DNA of 64,000 nt from Eukaryota sp. GEM-RC1 (taxonomy: Eukaryota): assembly GCA_040285855.1 (NCBI GenBank), contig JAUFOQ010000005.1, positions 2,108,001 through 2,172,000 of the forward strand. The letters run 5' to 3'. Shown here one piece after another: positions 52,844 through 63,022 of the stretch. How positions within the stretch are numbered: the stretch's first letter is position 1; every line of letters begins with the position of its first letter. The position numbers and the translations under genes were made by a program. The notes under the pieces are model-generated. The model did not search any database. It was not told the origin of the DNA and worked only from the letters and a program-made list of their open reading frames with translations.

Positions 52844-55800
52844 TTTGTCACTGAGGAAGGAATCACTACATTGAAGCCCTCCGTATGGCTCGATGATTCA
52901 GTTGTTGACTTTTATGGTGAGTACATCACCGAGAGCAGCGAGTTATGCCAGTTTTTCCGTATCGGGAATCTTCATGCTGCAGTGAGTTATGGCGATTTTG
53001 ACACATTAGCTCTTGAATTTCGAAATGTTCAGAATTCAATGCGAGAGACTGGGGAAAGGTTGTTATTTATTCCAATAAACGATGGTGTCTTTCGTGGTAC
53101 AGCAACTCATTGGACTCTACTAGTTTGTGACATTGATAGTACGTCATTTTTTCACTTGAACCAATGTTCACTGACAGTTCAATTCAACTTTCATTTGACG
53201 TTTTAACTCAAAATGATCAAGTTGTAAGTACATTACAGGAATATTTGCGTCATTTTGGAAATTTTTCCAATTTAGGAAAGCTCCCAGTTATTAAACAGCA
53301 AACTCCCAACGACTGTGGACCATATATCTTAATGTATATGCAACGATTTGTTCATTTGGCATCAACATCAGACAATTTCCAGGAAATTATGTCTCAAGTC
53401 CAAGGTTATGTCGATTATGATGCTTTTAACATGAGAAAACAAGTTCTAAATCTATTAGGAACTACTCATCCTACGCCTTTTGCTATACTTGCTGTAAGTA
53501 TTGTCAATGAGTGCTTTTCAAACAGCACTCAAGCACATTCAACCCCTTCTCAACAACAAATGAATAGATCTGCTGGTACTTCTGAAATAGCCGAACATCC
53601 AACACTAATGTCATCTCCTGATGAAACTCGACAAGTGCCATTGACTACTCCCAATCAACTTATAGACTCAAATCGTACAAGAAAAACTCGTCAATCTAGA
53701 AAATATCCTCGAAAAAGAAATTTTCTCAAAAATATCACATTATACAACATCAACATCGTGGAATTCTAACACAATCTCGTCCTAGACCACTTTTACTAAG
53801 ATCTGATCAAATTGACTCACTAAAACCAAATGTACTGCTTCATGATTCTGTCATTGACTATGTTGGTCAGTACATTGCTGAAAAGAGTAATCTATGCGAG
53901 TTCTTTGAAGTGGCCAACATTCAAGATGCAATCAATCTTTCACAATATAACATAATGTTTGAACAATTTAGAGAGGTTCAATTATCAATGGAAAAATCAA
54001 GTAAAAGACACACTAAAAAGTGTAAGAAACGTTTCTTGTTTATTCCAATACATGACGGTCTCTTTGGTACAACAGCCACTCACTGGTCACTGTTAATCTG
54101 CGATATTGAAAACAAACAATACATTTCTATTGACTCAATGTGTACAGAAGATCAACGATCTCAGTTTTCTAACACTTTATCACGGATTGACACTGTCATT
54201 TCACAATTACAGCAATTCCTGTTTGATATGGCAAATTTCAGCTACATAGCTAGAGTACCAGTTCAACAAGTCCAAACTCTCGTTGACTGTGGTCTATTTA
54301 ATCTAATGTATATGAATAAAATTGTCGAGAGTGAATCAACATCAACAAATCTTTTCGAAATTCTGTCTAAAGTCTCTAATTGTGTTGTTTATAATGCATT
54401 AGAAACGAGAAAACAAATACTGTCTCAAATCGTTACTACTCACCCTGACGAAGATCACCCTGATGAATACCGACAATATGTATGTACTCATGCCCAAGGT
54501 ATTTTAAATGAGTTTTATTCTGATGAGATTGAATCACCTGTTAATCAACCTGTACAGTGTCAATCTGAAAGTTTAACTCCTGAAACAATGGTAGATGATA
54601 TTAGTTACAAGGAAACGGTGTCAAAGCTCACTTATCAAAACTTTCTCAAAAGTTTACCTGGAAATTTATCTAACCGGAAAAGAAACGTCTTTTGAAGTTA
54701 AAAATGATTGAACAAGCGCTGGAAGAAGCTGAAGAATTATTTCAAGAAAGTTATCATAACTTTAGTCGTCCAGAGTTGACAGATCTTCCAGAAATAAATT
54801 TACTAACTCCAAAGATAAATGTTGCTGCTTGTGAGAAACTTGATACAGCAGAAACAGCAGAAACAATTGAGTCATCTGAAACCACGGAAACAACAGAAGC
54901 AACAGAAACAATTGAGTCATCTGACACCACTGAACCAACAACAGCAACAGGTAATAGAAAAACAACAGTTGCCAAAAGGAAAACCACCAAACCAAAAGCA
55001 AGTGGAGTATCAAATGCGACAAAGAGTTTGAAACCTCCTAAAAAGCCAATGATTGAGTTTCTGAAACATTCCCAATTACCAAATAACTCTAATCATTGTT
55101 CAATATTGTCTTTTGATATTGAAACTAGAGAAATTGATCAAATCCCTGCAGAGACAGTTACACAGGAGTTGGACGATCAAAGAAAGAACGAGAATGAATC
55201 TCTCAAAATGAAAAGTGATGCAGAAAAAGAAGTTTGGATTCAAAACCAACAAGTTTTTATGATTTCTGGAGTGTTTGGTCATTTTATAAAAGATCAATTT
55301 TACCTTCAAGACAATTTTGTTGCAACTTTAGAGTTGACTCAAGAATCTGATGTTGAACTGCCACCTGATTGTAGAAACCTTCAATTTTTTGAAAACGAAA
55401 AACAGTTACTAGAGTTTTTTGTCAACTATTTGAATGATAAAAATCCCTCAGTTTTAACTGGATATAACATAACTGACTTCGATAATGTTGTTTTAGGCAA
55501 CAGGATTGTTACACTTGGAGTCGACTTTCCAGAACCAATGCTAGATGAAACAACTAAATCTCATTTATCATCTCTATGGCAAAATGTTTGTTCTGAATGG
55601 GCTGGTAGAATTGTCTGTGATTCATACGTTTATGCTAAGCAATTTATTGTTTCAAAATGTTCAAAGTCTTTAAGATCATTAAGTTGGTTTTTATTAAACG
55701 AATCTAAAGGACGTCTTCATGACGGATTGCACCACTTATTGCCTATTGATTGTGTTGATGAAAGACCTCAAGAAGTTGTAAACTATTGCTTCAAAGATAG

Positions 55801-57585
55801 TGTAATAGCATTGAAGTTGTTTTTATTGTTTCAATCAAATAAAATCGTTCACCCAACTTTTGTAACACATAAAACTACACTAAAGTCTATTGTCAAACAT
55901 TTTGGATTAACGCTATTACTCGATTATTATGCTCAATTGGTTCACAAACTTAGAATGCACACTTCCTATTGCTTGAAGCTGTTGTTATTACACATGGATA
56001 AGAATGGTGAAAAATTACCTTTAATTACAAGGAAAGAAGTAGAACATATTCAAACTCTGTTAAGATACATCTCTGCTGAGCATCATGAGATTGAATTATG
56101 TAATCAAGGACGACCTTCCACATATAATGAACACTTGAAAAACTTTGTTTTAGAAGAATACAAACAAGTAATGCTCAACAATGGAGGAATTCCACTCTTT
56201 CCAGCTGCTCATTCCTCTCGGCTTATGGCAATGGTTGGTGAAACTATTAAATCGAATTTGGACACCAATATTAAAATGCGATATGCTCAATACATTGACA
56301 AATTTATTAATGTTTATTTTCAAAAGACTGATCAAGAAGAAAAAATGTCAAAAAAAGAACAGTCTGTTTTTCGTTGGAGACTTAGACAAGTTAAAAATGT
56401 CTTTGTTGAAGGTAACAGAAATGACATTCCAAAGACCCCTGCAGAAATAAAACAATTTATTCAAAGATGTAATACAGAAATTCTTCAAGACGACAGTAAT
56501 TAGAAGTTTGAACATTGCAGGTAAAATTAAACTTCTATGGGCAGCTAACGACTATGTTGAAGGATTGTTTAGAGATAAATATTTTATTGATGTTCTCATC
56601 CCACCATCAATTGATATTCAAAATGCTAATGGTGTTTATAAAGAGAAAGTCGTTAAATCAAGTTCGTGAACATCCTCAATCCTTTATTAAATCTGCGATT
56701 CAAATAAATAACTATCTTGAAAGTGAAGGAGCAAGTGCTTACAATGTAATACCGATTGTTCGTCACGTCACACCAGGTTTCTTTGAAATAGACACACAAG
56801 GTCTTTTGGGGAATATTACGTTCCACTTTGTCAACACAACAAGTGAATGTCAAGAAGAAAATGTCTGAGTTGAATACAAAAGATGAAATTCTCCTGCTGA
56901 ACAAAATCAATTCTGGTCTTACTTTTTCAACTTTAATCGTCCATTTATAAAGAAAGGTTATAAGTTTAACAATACCATTAAACTGATGGTTTCTCTGCCT
57001 GTGTTGAACTGACCAGAGAGGACTGTGTGGGAATGTCCTTTAAACCAGTCAGTGCAAAGTTCTCCAGTAAAGAAGAATATGTTCAAGACTATGATGTTGA
57101 AGAGTTTTCATTGAAAACAAAAGTTTTTATTGATCCTGGAAAAACAGATTTACTTTATTTTTGTTCAGAGAGAAGTAAATAGGCCATTTGCTGAACAAAA
57201 AGCCCGTGAAATGAGAAACAGAGAATACGAGTGGTTAAGATTGACAGAGACAGAATGGTCCAGATGGTCAAGGGTCCATCAAAAGTTTAGAAGGGGAAAG
57301 AAAAAAGAATTCATTCTCCGAGATGGAAAGACAGTTGAAGAAGAAGAGTCAACATTGTCCATAGAAAATTCGAAATCGACTCTTTATGACACATTCTATG
57401 ACTATGTGAGTTCCAAGCTTACAGTTATTGAATCAACATTTGATTTCTGCTGTTTGATGATATGGCGCATTCAAAAATGCAAAGATACGTCCATATTCAA
57501 AAAACAGAAAGTAAGTTGTTGAAAAATATGACTGCAAAAGGATGGAATAAAAATGACTGTGTATTGATGTTTGGTCACAATGGTA

Positions 57586-58817
57586 AAACCACCTACGGCG
57601 ATATCACTGGCGTCTGCGCTAATCAGCACGCGTTGGTCCCTGTCTGGTAGACTGAGAGGCATGTGATTGATGATCTTATTTCTGATTGTCTCAAAATTAG
57701 ATTGATGAAGAGGTGTCCATTTTACTGAACGAGCGTTGTTCTTGACTAAGTTTATGATTGGAGCCAGAAGGTCTGATGCACCTGGAATAAAGTCTTTTAT
57801 GTAGTTAATCGAACCCACGAAGCTACGAACTTCTTTAATTGTGGTTGGTACGGGCAACTCTAGGAGAGCTGTGATACGCGATGGGTCAATACTGCGTGTA
57901 TTGTTAACGAACTTACTGCCCAAGATCTTTAGTGGGTGTTTCTTTGTCACAAAATGGCATTTGGGTAGGCCAAGGTTGACTCTACGTGTTAATGCTTTAG
58001 TCAGAACGAATCGGATTCGGCTCATAAATTCGTCGAATGTACGGCCTACTATGATGATGTCATCGATGTAGATGGATATGCTCTCATGGTTGAATATTTC
58101 ATACATCAAATTTTGAAATATCGCAGGGACGTTCTTGAGTCCAAAACAAGCTCTTTTAAATCGGATGGCTTTGCCAGGGATTACTAGAGTTGTCTTGTCT
58201 CTGTCCTTTTCTGCGAGGTTCAATTGCCAGAAGGCTTTCGGAAGATCCAAGGTCGCTATGAAATTAGCTTCACTCAGAAATTCCAAGATGTCGATGATCT
58301 TTGGAAGATTCGGTTCGACAACTAGGGTCAATGCGTTGATTCCATCGGAACCACTGAAGTCTCCCGTAAGGCGGGGCTTACGTTGATCGGGATAGACCAC
58401 CAGTACTACTGGTAAACTGAACTGTCCGTTGGGAGTTGTTAACTCAGCAAAGTCCTGCCGGACATGTTCATCGAAAATCTCTTCGGCAATCCGTTGTTTC
58501 ATTGGATTGAGCCGTCGAGGTTTCCGTCTCACAGTGGACTCTTCATTGTCGAAGTCGATCGCCATGGGAGGACAATCGATGCCGTCTTTGTGAGGAGCTG
58601 TTGAAAATATTGAGGAAAACTCCTGAAGCAGGCTCAATAAGCTCTTAGCTCTGTTTTCATCATCTAGTTTGATAGTGCTACCTGAATCGAATACATGTTT
58701 ATTAAAGTCTACAATGTTATCAATAGAATGGCTACTGGGAGGTTGTATGATACGTGAGTCGAACTCAGACTCATCGTTCACGGTGGCCAGGATGGCCTTG
58801 TCAATCCGGATGACTAG
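57586..58817 (-). CDS. pol: Reverse transcriptase + start of RNase H (truncated)
   Basis: LDLPKAFWQ, FGLKNVP, YIDDII, VRSFVG, ADAS; same frame as gag-pro across a TGA. Confidence 0.88.
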
Positions 58818-60386
58818 TCAGTCTTCGGTCAGTAGTCCTAACTGTTTCATCAGATCGATTCCCAATAATAGTTTGTTGGATCCTGGTATTATTGGTAACG
58901 TCTTATCCACATGTGTTAGGTACGCGATACTACTGGTATCGAAGGTCAAGATGCCCTGGGCGCTACCCAAGGACCGGGACTCAACATTGTTTGCGGATGT
59001 GAAGCGAACATTTTTGTTGACGGGCGTCATGTTACACTTCGTAGCCAGGTCTTGTGTAATGACGGACATGGTTGCTCCACTGTCCCAAAAACCTTGAACC
59101 GGAATTCCGTTAATCATCAGTTTGCAGCTGAGAAGAGGGAGTGGGTTCTGACTACTTATGCTGAATATGGAATTCAGGATTTGTGAGTTCGTATTACCAT
59201 TGGCAGAACTGATGTTGCTCAATGGGTTTAAGAATTGATTGGTTTCAATCAAACTGGGATTTGATTGACTAGATGTGATGTTATCAAATATATCTGCAAG
59301 GCTGTTGATATGTGCTGAATTTGCATTGAAATATTTAGATTTTTTATGGGACGAGTGTTTCTTGCTATGACTACGAGATGGTTTTGAGGTGGAACTCTTG
59401 GCATTACGTTGTTCTAAAGGAAGCTCACTACGTTTACATTCGGGATCCGGACATTGGAGGATGGAATGGCCCTTTTCGCCACAAAATCTACAGGCGTCGG
59501 GGTCTTTATCTTCAGATCGAGGCTTCTTCGAGGGTGGCTTGGAGCTGGATGCCGATCTACGAGATTTACCGGGTTCACTAGACTGAACCGGGATGAGAGG
59601 ACGGGAAGTCCAGGATTTGGGGAGGTCTTCCCAGGTAGCTGTATCTCTAAGATGAGCTATTTCGGCAATTCGTTGTTCGTTCTGCACGTTGGCTGGAGCA
59701 GATTTCCATCTCTCGCACCAAGTGTCATAACGTTCTTTCACTTCGAAGATTAATCCTTGGATATCCGGAGAATCTTGGTAGAGAGGCCAACATTCAATCC
59801 AGATGGATACGATGCTTAAGTTTGACAGAATAGCTTTAACAGTGGCTTTGTCTGGTAACGCAGTCATAGGCTTATTCTTCAGCTTTATGGCCTGGGTTCT
59901 TTGTAGAACGCGGTGCAACCGTGATATGAAATCACTCCATCGCTTTTCAGGGTCTGTGATGGACCACTTCATCTTGATCTTGTTCAGCTCATTCAAGGCA
60001 GTGGTCTCGTCTGGGAACTGAGTACGCTTGAGGAGAGCTAACCATAAGGTGAGAGGGTTCTTACCATCCCACTCCTTTTGCATAGACAGCTGGGTCTGTA
60101 AGTCGAACTTCACAAAGCGTTGGATGTAAGAAGGATCAGCCTGTGCTGCAGCCGTTCGACAGAAGTCGAAAAAATGTCTTGGCCATCCGAATGGAGCCCC
60201 TACCAATGTTTTGTGGTTAGGGTCCATCACGCTCCATTGAAGAAAGTCTTGAGCAAATTCAATGATGTCGTGTGGTTTCAAACTCGAAAGCATCTTGGGT
60301 TGAAGCTTAGAGTTCTTCATAGAGTCGAGGGGGACTTTCTGTTGGAAAGTGACAACACTATGGGACATTGGGGAACGTTGTTCCAC
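58818..60386 (-). CDS. gag: Gag (CCHC knuckle) + aspartic protease
   Basis: CRFCGEKGHSILQC; FWDSGAT..I; LLLGID. Confidence 0.85.
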   Translation of the reverse strand: MEQRSPMSHSVVTFQQKVPLDSMKNSKLQPKMLSSLKPHDIIEFAQDFLQWSVMDPNHKTLVGAPFGWPRHFFDFCRTAAAQADPSYIQRFVKFDLQTQLSMQKEWDGKNPLTLWLALLKRTQFPDETTALNELNKIKMKWSITDPEKRWSDFISRLHRVLQRTQAIKLKNKPMTALPDKATVKAILSNLSIVSIWIECWPLYQDSPDIQGLIFEVKERYDTWCERWKSAPANVQNEQRIAEIAHLRDTATWEDLPKSWTSRPLIPVQSSEPGKSRRSASSSKPPSKKPRSEDKDPDACRFCGEKGHSILQCPDPECKRSELPLEQRNAKSSTSKPSRSHSKKHSSHKKSKYFNANSAHINSLADIFDNITSSQSNPSLIETNQFLNPLSNISSANGNTNSQILNSIFSISSQNPLPLLSCKLMINGIPVQGFWDSGATMSVITQDLATKCNMTPVNKNVRFTSANNVESRSLGSAQGILTFDTSSIAYLTHVDKTLPIIPGSNKLLLGIDLMKQLGLLTED

Positions 60387-61783
60387 AACCGAATTGGAAG
60401 CTGTCGGAGCCAGGGGGGAAGGAGGTCAGTTGAAGGGGAGGTTGATGTCGTGCTAAGATCACTCAAGGAGAGACCAAGCTGGTGGACATCAGGTGGTAGA
60501 TTTGATTGATCGGAAGGTGATTGATAAAATTCGGAAATTTCTTTCACTTTAGACTTCGGATTTGCATTTGCTCTACGAGCGAGTTCTTCTTCATATTCCA
60601 CTCGAGCTCGGTATTTCAATGCTGTGGGTTGGATAACCACTTCATCAGTCGGGATTATGGTGCTCTGGATAGCTTCGGGGAGCGGAGAGGAGTTGTGATC
60701 TGATGGGCGAATTCTTTTGTCCAAATTCGACTTTTCAAAAGTTCGACCTGTCAATACTTCCTGGACCTTTTCCCAGCATTTTTCACGGGAATCATGGTTT
60801 CCGGTATACTAGGGTCCATCAGGATAGTATGGGGTTTTCCTCGGTCGTCAAGGATGGTGTAAGTTCCTTCAAGGGGGAGAACTTCGTCGTTAAATTGTCT
60901 CCTGATCAGTCTTATGGCTGCCTGAGCTGGTCTAGGATAGCGGTTTCTTAGGTAGTCCGTTCTATCTTTGGCTCCATGAAGAAAATCATGTACCATTTGG
61001 CGATCTGATGGGAACATACGATGTTCTACTCGTTTTAGTTCCTCTTCTGTTAACCCTTGTTGAAAAGTTCCAGGAGGGGCCTGGAATAACTCTGAGGAAC
61101 CCGTCTAAGTGGACCTGACAGGATAAAACCCTTGGTTTGAGGAGTAGGGACGGAACCTGCAACCTCGGAAGTTGCTGGAAGGGCGGAACCTTCAACAAAG
61201 AGGGACTTTGAAGGGCGGAACCTTCTAAAGGGATGTAGTCGTTCCTTGGAGGGCGGGACCATCCGAGAAGAAACGACTCATTGTGGGGTCCTGGGACCTT
61301 GGTGATTGCGGGGGCACTCTGTCACAAGGCGCAGCACCACATGGGACACAATAATCATTGTTGTCTGTAGACATGGGAGAAGGTAAAGTAAATTTATTTT
61401 AAGGGTACTGTACCAGTACTAACAGGCAGAACCTAAAACATCTCCGATCAAGTAGAGGTGTTGGTTGGAGAAACTTCTTTAAGAGAAATGGTTATAACAT
61501 AGTTTTGGTAGACGAGAGTTACACGTCTTCAAAGTGTCCTACTTGTTGGAAGCCAGTTAAAGTGTTCAAAGAAATCAGTAATCCAAAACCATGGAAAAGA
61601 GAGAAGAAACCTCTGGTAAAGTGTCACGCTTTGTTGAGATGCAAGTCCCAAGAATGTAGAGAAGAATGTCATGGTAGCGGCAAGATTTGGAATCGTAACC
61701 AGTTAGCATGTATCAACATCAAGACCATTGTGGAGCATCATTTGGAGCGGGGTCTAGGAGTTAGAGCCAGTTATTTGTCATAG

Positions 61784-61899
61784 TCATAGTCATAGCATTT
61801 ATTTACTACAGTGAATCTGTAGCATTATTGAATCTTAGAATTTGTCAGACATCTTCTCAGATTCATTTGAATTTCAAGAAAATGGCCAAAAGTACATTG
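61784..61899 (+). ncRNA. Candidate Fanzor omegaRNA scaffold / right element end
   Basis: Directly after the Fanzor stop; hairpins ctacag-tgaat-ctgtag (61806-61822) and tgaatcttagaa...ttctcagattca (61829-61865); called by position and analogy only. Confidence 0.45.
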
Positions 61900-62989
61900 T
61901 GTTGCCGTAAGGTCAACGTTGATACAAATGGAAAGAAGAAGTGTTTATTGTTGCTAGAGATCCTTAAGAATAGATGCCACGTCATCAGAGGTGAAGATAT
62001 CTACTAGGTATCGTTATCTTCACTAACACTACATTTTCCCATTTCTTTTGAAGCTGTGCAGAGAACTTATTTGAACTCATAAAGGGGGTTCAACAAACGC
62101 TTGGGACCTGGATACGAGTCATTTGCATGAGACAGGAAGTGAATTTCGTGTTTTACCTTAGAAGGACAATCCCGAGCTAAATGGCCATTCTGATGACACT
62201 TAAAACAAGTACCATTAGCCAGATTGCGAGATCTATCCGAGGAACGAGACTTTGTGCCAACTTGACGGGAGGGATCGCAGTTTTCGGCAGGAATCCTTGT
62301 AGACTTATTCCATGAGGCTACTCTGGAACAATCAAGCAACTCATCCGTTGCAGTATCTACTAAGGTAGAGAAGTCAGGGAAGACCTCATCGCGGATCCGA
62401 GCTATCAACGATTTTTGCAAGCCCATGGGAAGGATCCCCTTGGCAAATCGTGTCATAAAAGCTGAGTCAGGCAACTTCAGTCCGGAAGCCCGGCTTTTCG
62501 CCTGAAGGAAACGCCTCAGGTAGCCTGACATTCGTTCACGGACATCGCCTTCTCGGACATCAACTCTAATCTCAGATATCGCAGAGTGGAATTCCTCGTA
62601 CGTCGAGAACGAGGTGGTGGATCTCAGGTGATCCAAGAAAACCTCTTCAGAGGCATCAACCCCAGGCTTAGTAAGAATCAAAGACTCTAGTAAGAAGGGG
62701 TCGACGAGGAGCCTTGGCGGAACAAGGTCCTTTTTCGGGGTGACGGAAGAGTACACTTTCCACTGTTGTAGGAACAGGAGTACGTCTTCTACTTTCATGG
62801 AAGAAAGTGAGGGGAGAACTACGCGGGTAGAAAACATCTGCAGTGAGGGCCAATAATTATTGTTGCCGTAAGGTCAACGTTGATACAAATGGAAAGAAGA
62901 AGTGTTTATTGTTGCTAGAGATCCTTAAGAATAGATGCCACGTCATCAGAGGTGAAGATATCTACTAGGTATCGTTATCTTCACTAACA
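61900..62989 (-). mobile_element. Gag-only miniature LTR retroelement (1090 bp)
   Basis: Identical-looking 129-bp LTRs at 61900-62028 and 62861-62989 (TG..CA); 4-bp TSD attg; polypurine tract aaaagaaatgggaaaa on the minus strand before the 3' LTR. Confidence 0.93.
62067..62837 (-). CDS. gag: Gag with CCHC zinc knuckle
   Basis: CFKCHQNGHLARDC; intact ORF with no pol. Confidence 0.85.
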   Translation of the reverse strand: MFSTRVVLPSLSSMKVEDVLLFLQQWKVYSSVTPKKDLVPPRLLVDPFLLESLILTKPGVDASEEVFLDHLRSTTSFSTYEEFHSAISEIRVDVREGDVRERMSGYLRRFLQAKSRASGLKLPDSAFMTRFAKGILPMGLQKSLIARIRDEVFPDFSTLVDTATDELLDCSRVASWNKSTRIPAENCDPSRQVGTKSRSSDRSRNLANGTCFKCHQNGHLARDCPSKVKHEIHFLSHANDSYPGPKRLLNPLYEFK

Positions 62990-63022
62990 ATTGATTTCAA
63001 AAGAAACCTGTTTTTGACGATA

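Larger units (their letters stand above)
57586..61424 (-). mobile_element. Ty3/gypsy LTR retrotransposon, 3'-truncated, inserted in the Fanzor ORF; candidate 5' LTR 61359-61424
   Basis: gag-protease-RT-RNaseH order; breaks off after ADASDIAVGG; no integrase or 3' LTR; TG..CA-bounded 66-bp segment at the right end. Confidence 0.88.
52667..61783 (+). pseudogene. Interrupted polyprotein: leader-2A, Ulp1, Ulp1, DEDDy exonuclease, Fanzor (TnpB-like RuvC)
   Basis: DIESNPGP 52820-52843; two HW.LL / Q..DCG protease domains; FDIET / GYNITDFD / YCFKD; TDGFSA ~56983; RuvC-I FIDPGKTDL 57132; RuvC-II VDESYTS 61511; CPTC..C...C zinc finger; RuvC-III WNRN..ACINI 61688; several frameshifts/stops and a gypsy insertion. 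Confidence 0.85.

Noticed and set aside
54692..56503. Family B DNA polymerase / Polinton
   Set aside because: Only exonuclease motifs are present; no polymerase motifs (SLYP, YGDTDS), capsid, ATPase or integrase
57471..57585. C-terminus of the RT ORF (FTIVTKHQY...)
   Set aside because: Read-through into the antisense strand of Fanzor past the truncation point
27003..58820. Alternative genetic code (TGA reassigned)
   Set aside because: Only two in-frame TGAs were seen; Trp is encoded by TGG in conserved motifs and TGA ends other ORFs (e.g. 18401)
61147..61262. CRISPR-like repeat/spacer pattern
   Set aside because: The repeat is only ~10-15 bp and lies inside an LTR-element leader; the spacers are self-complementary stems
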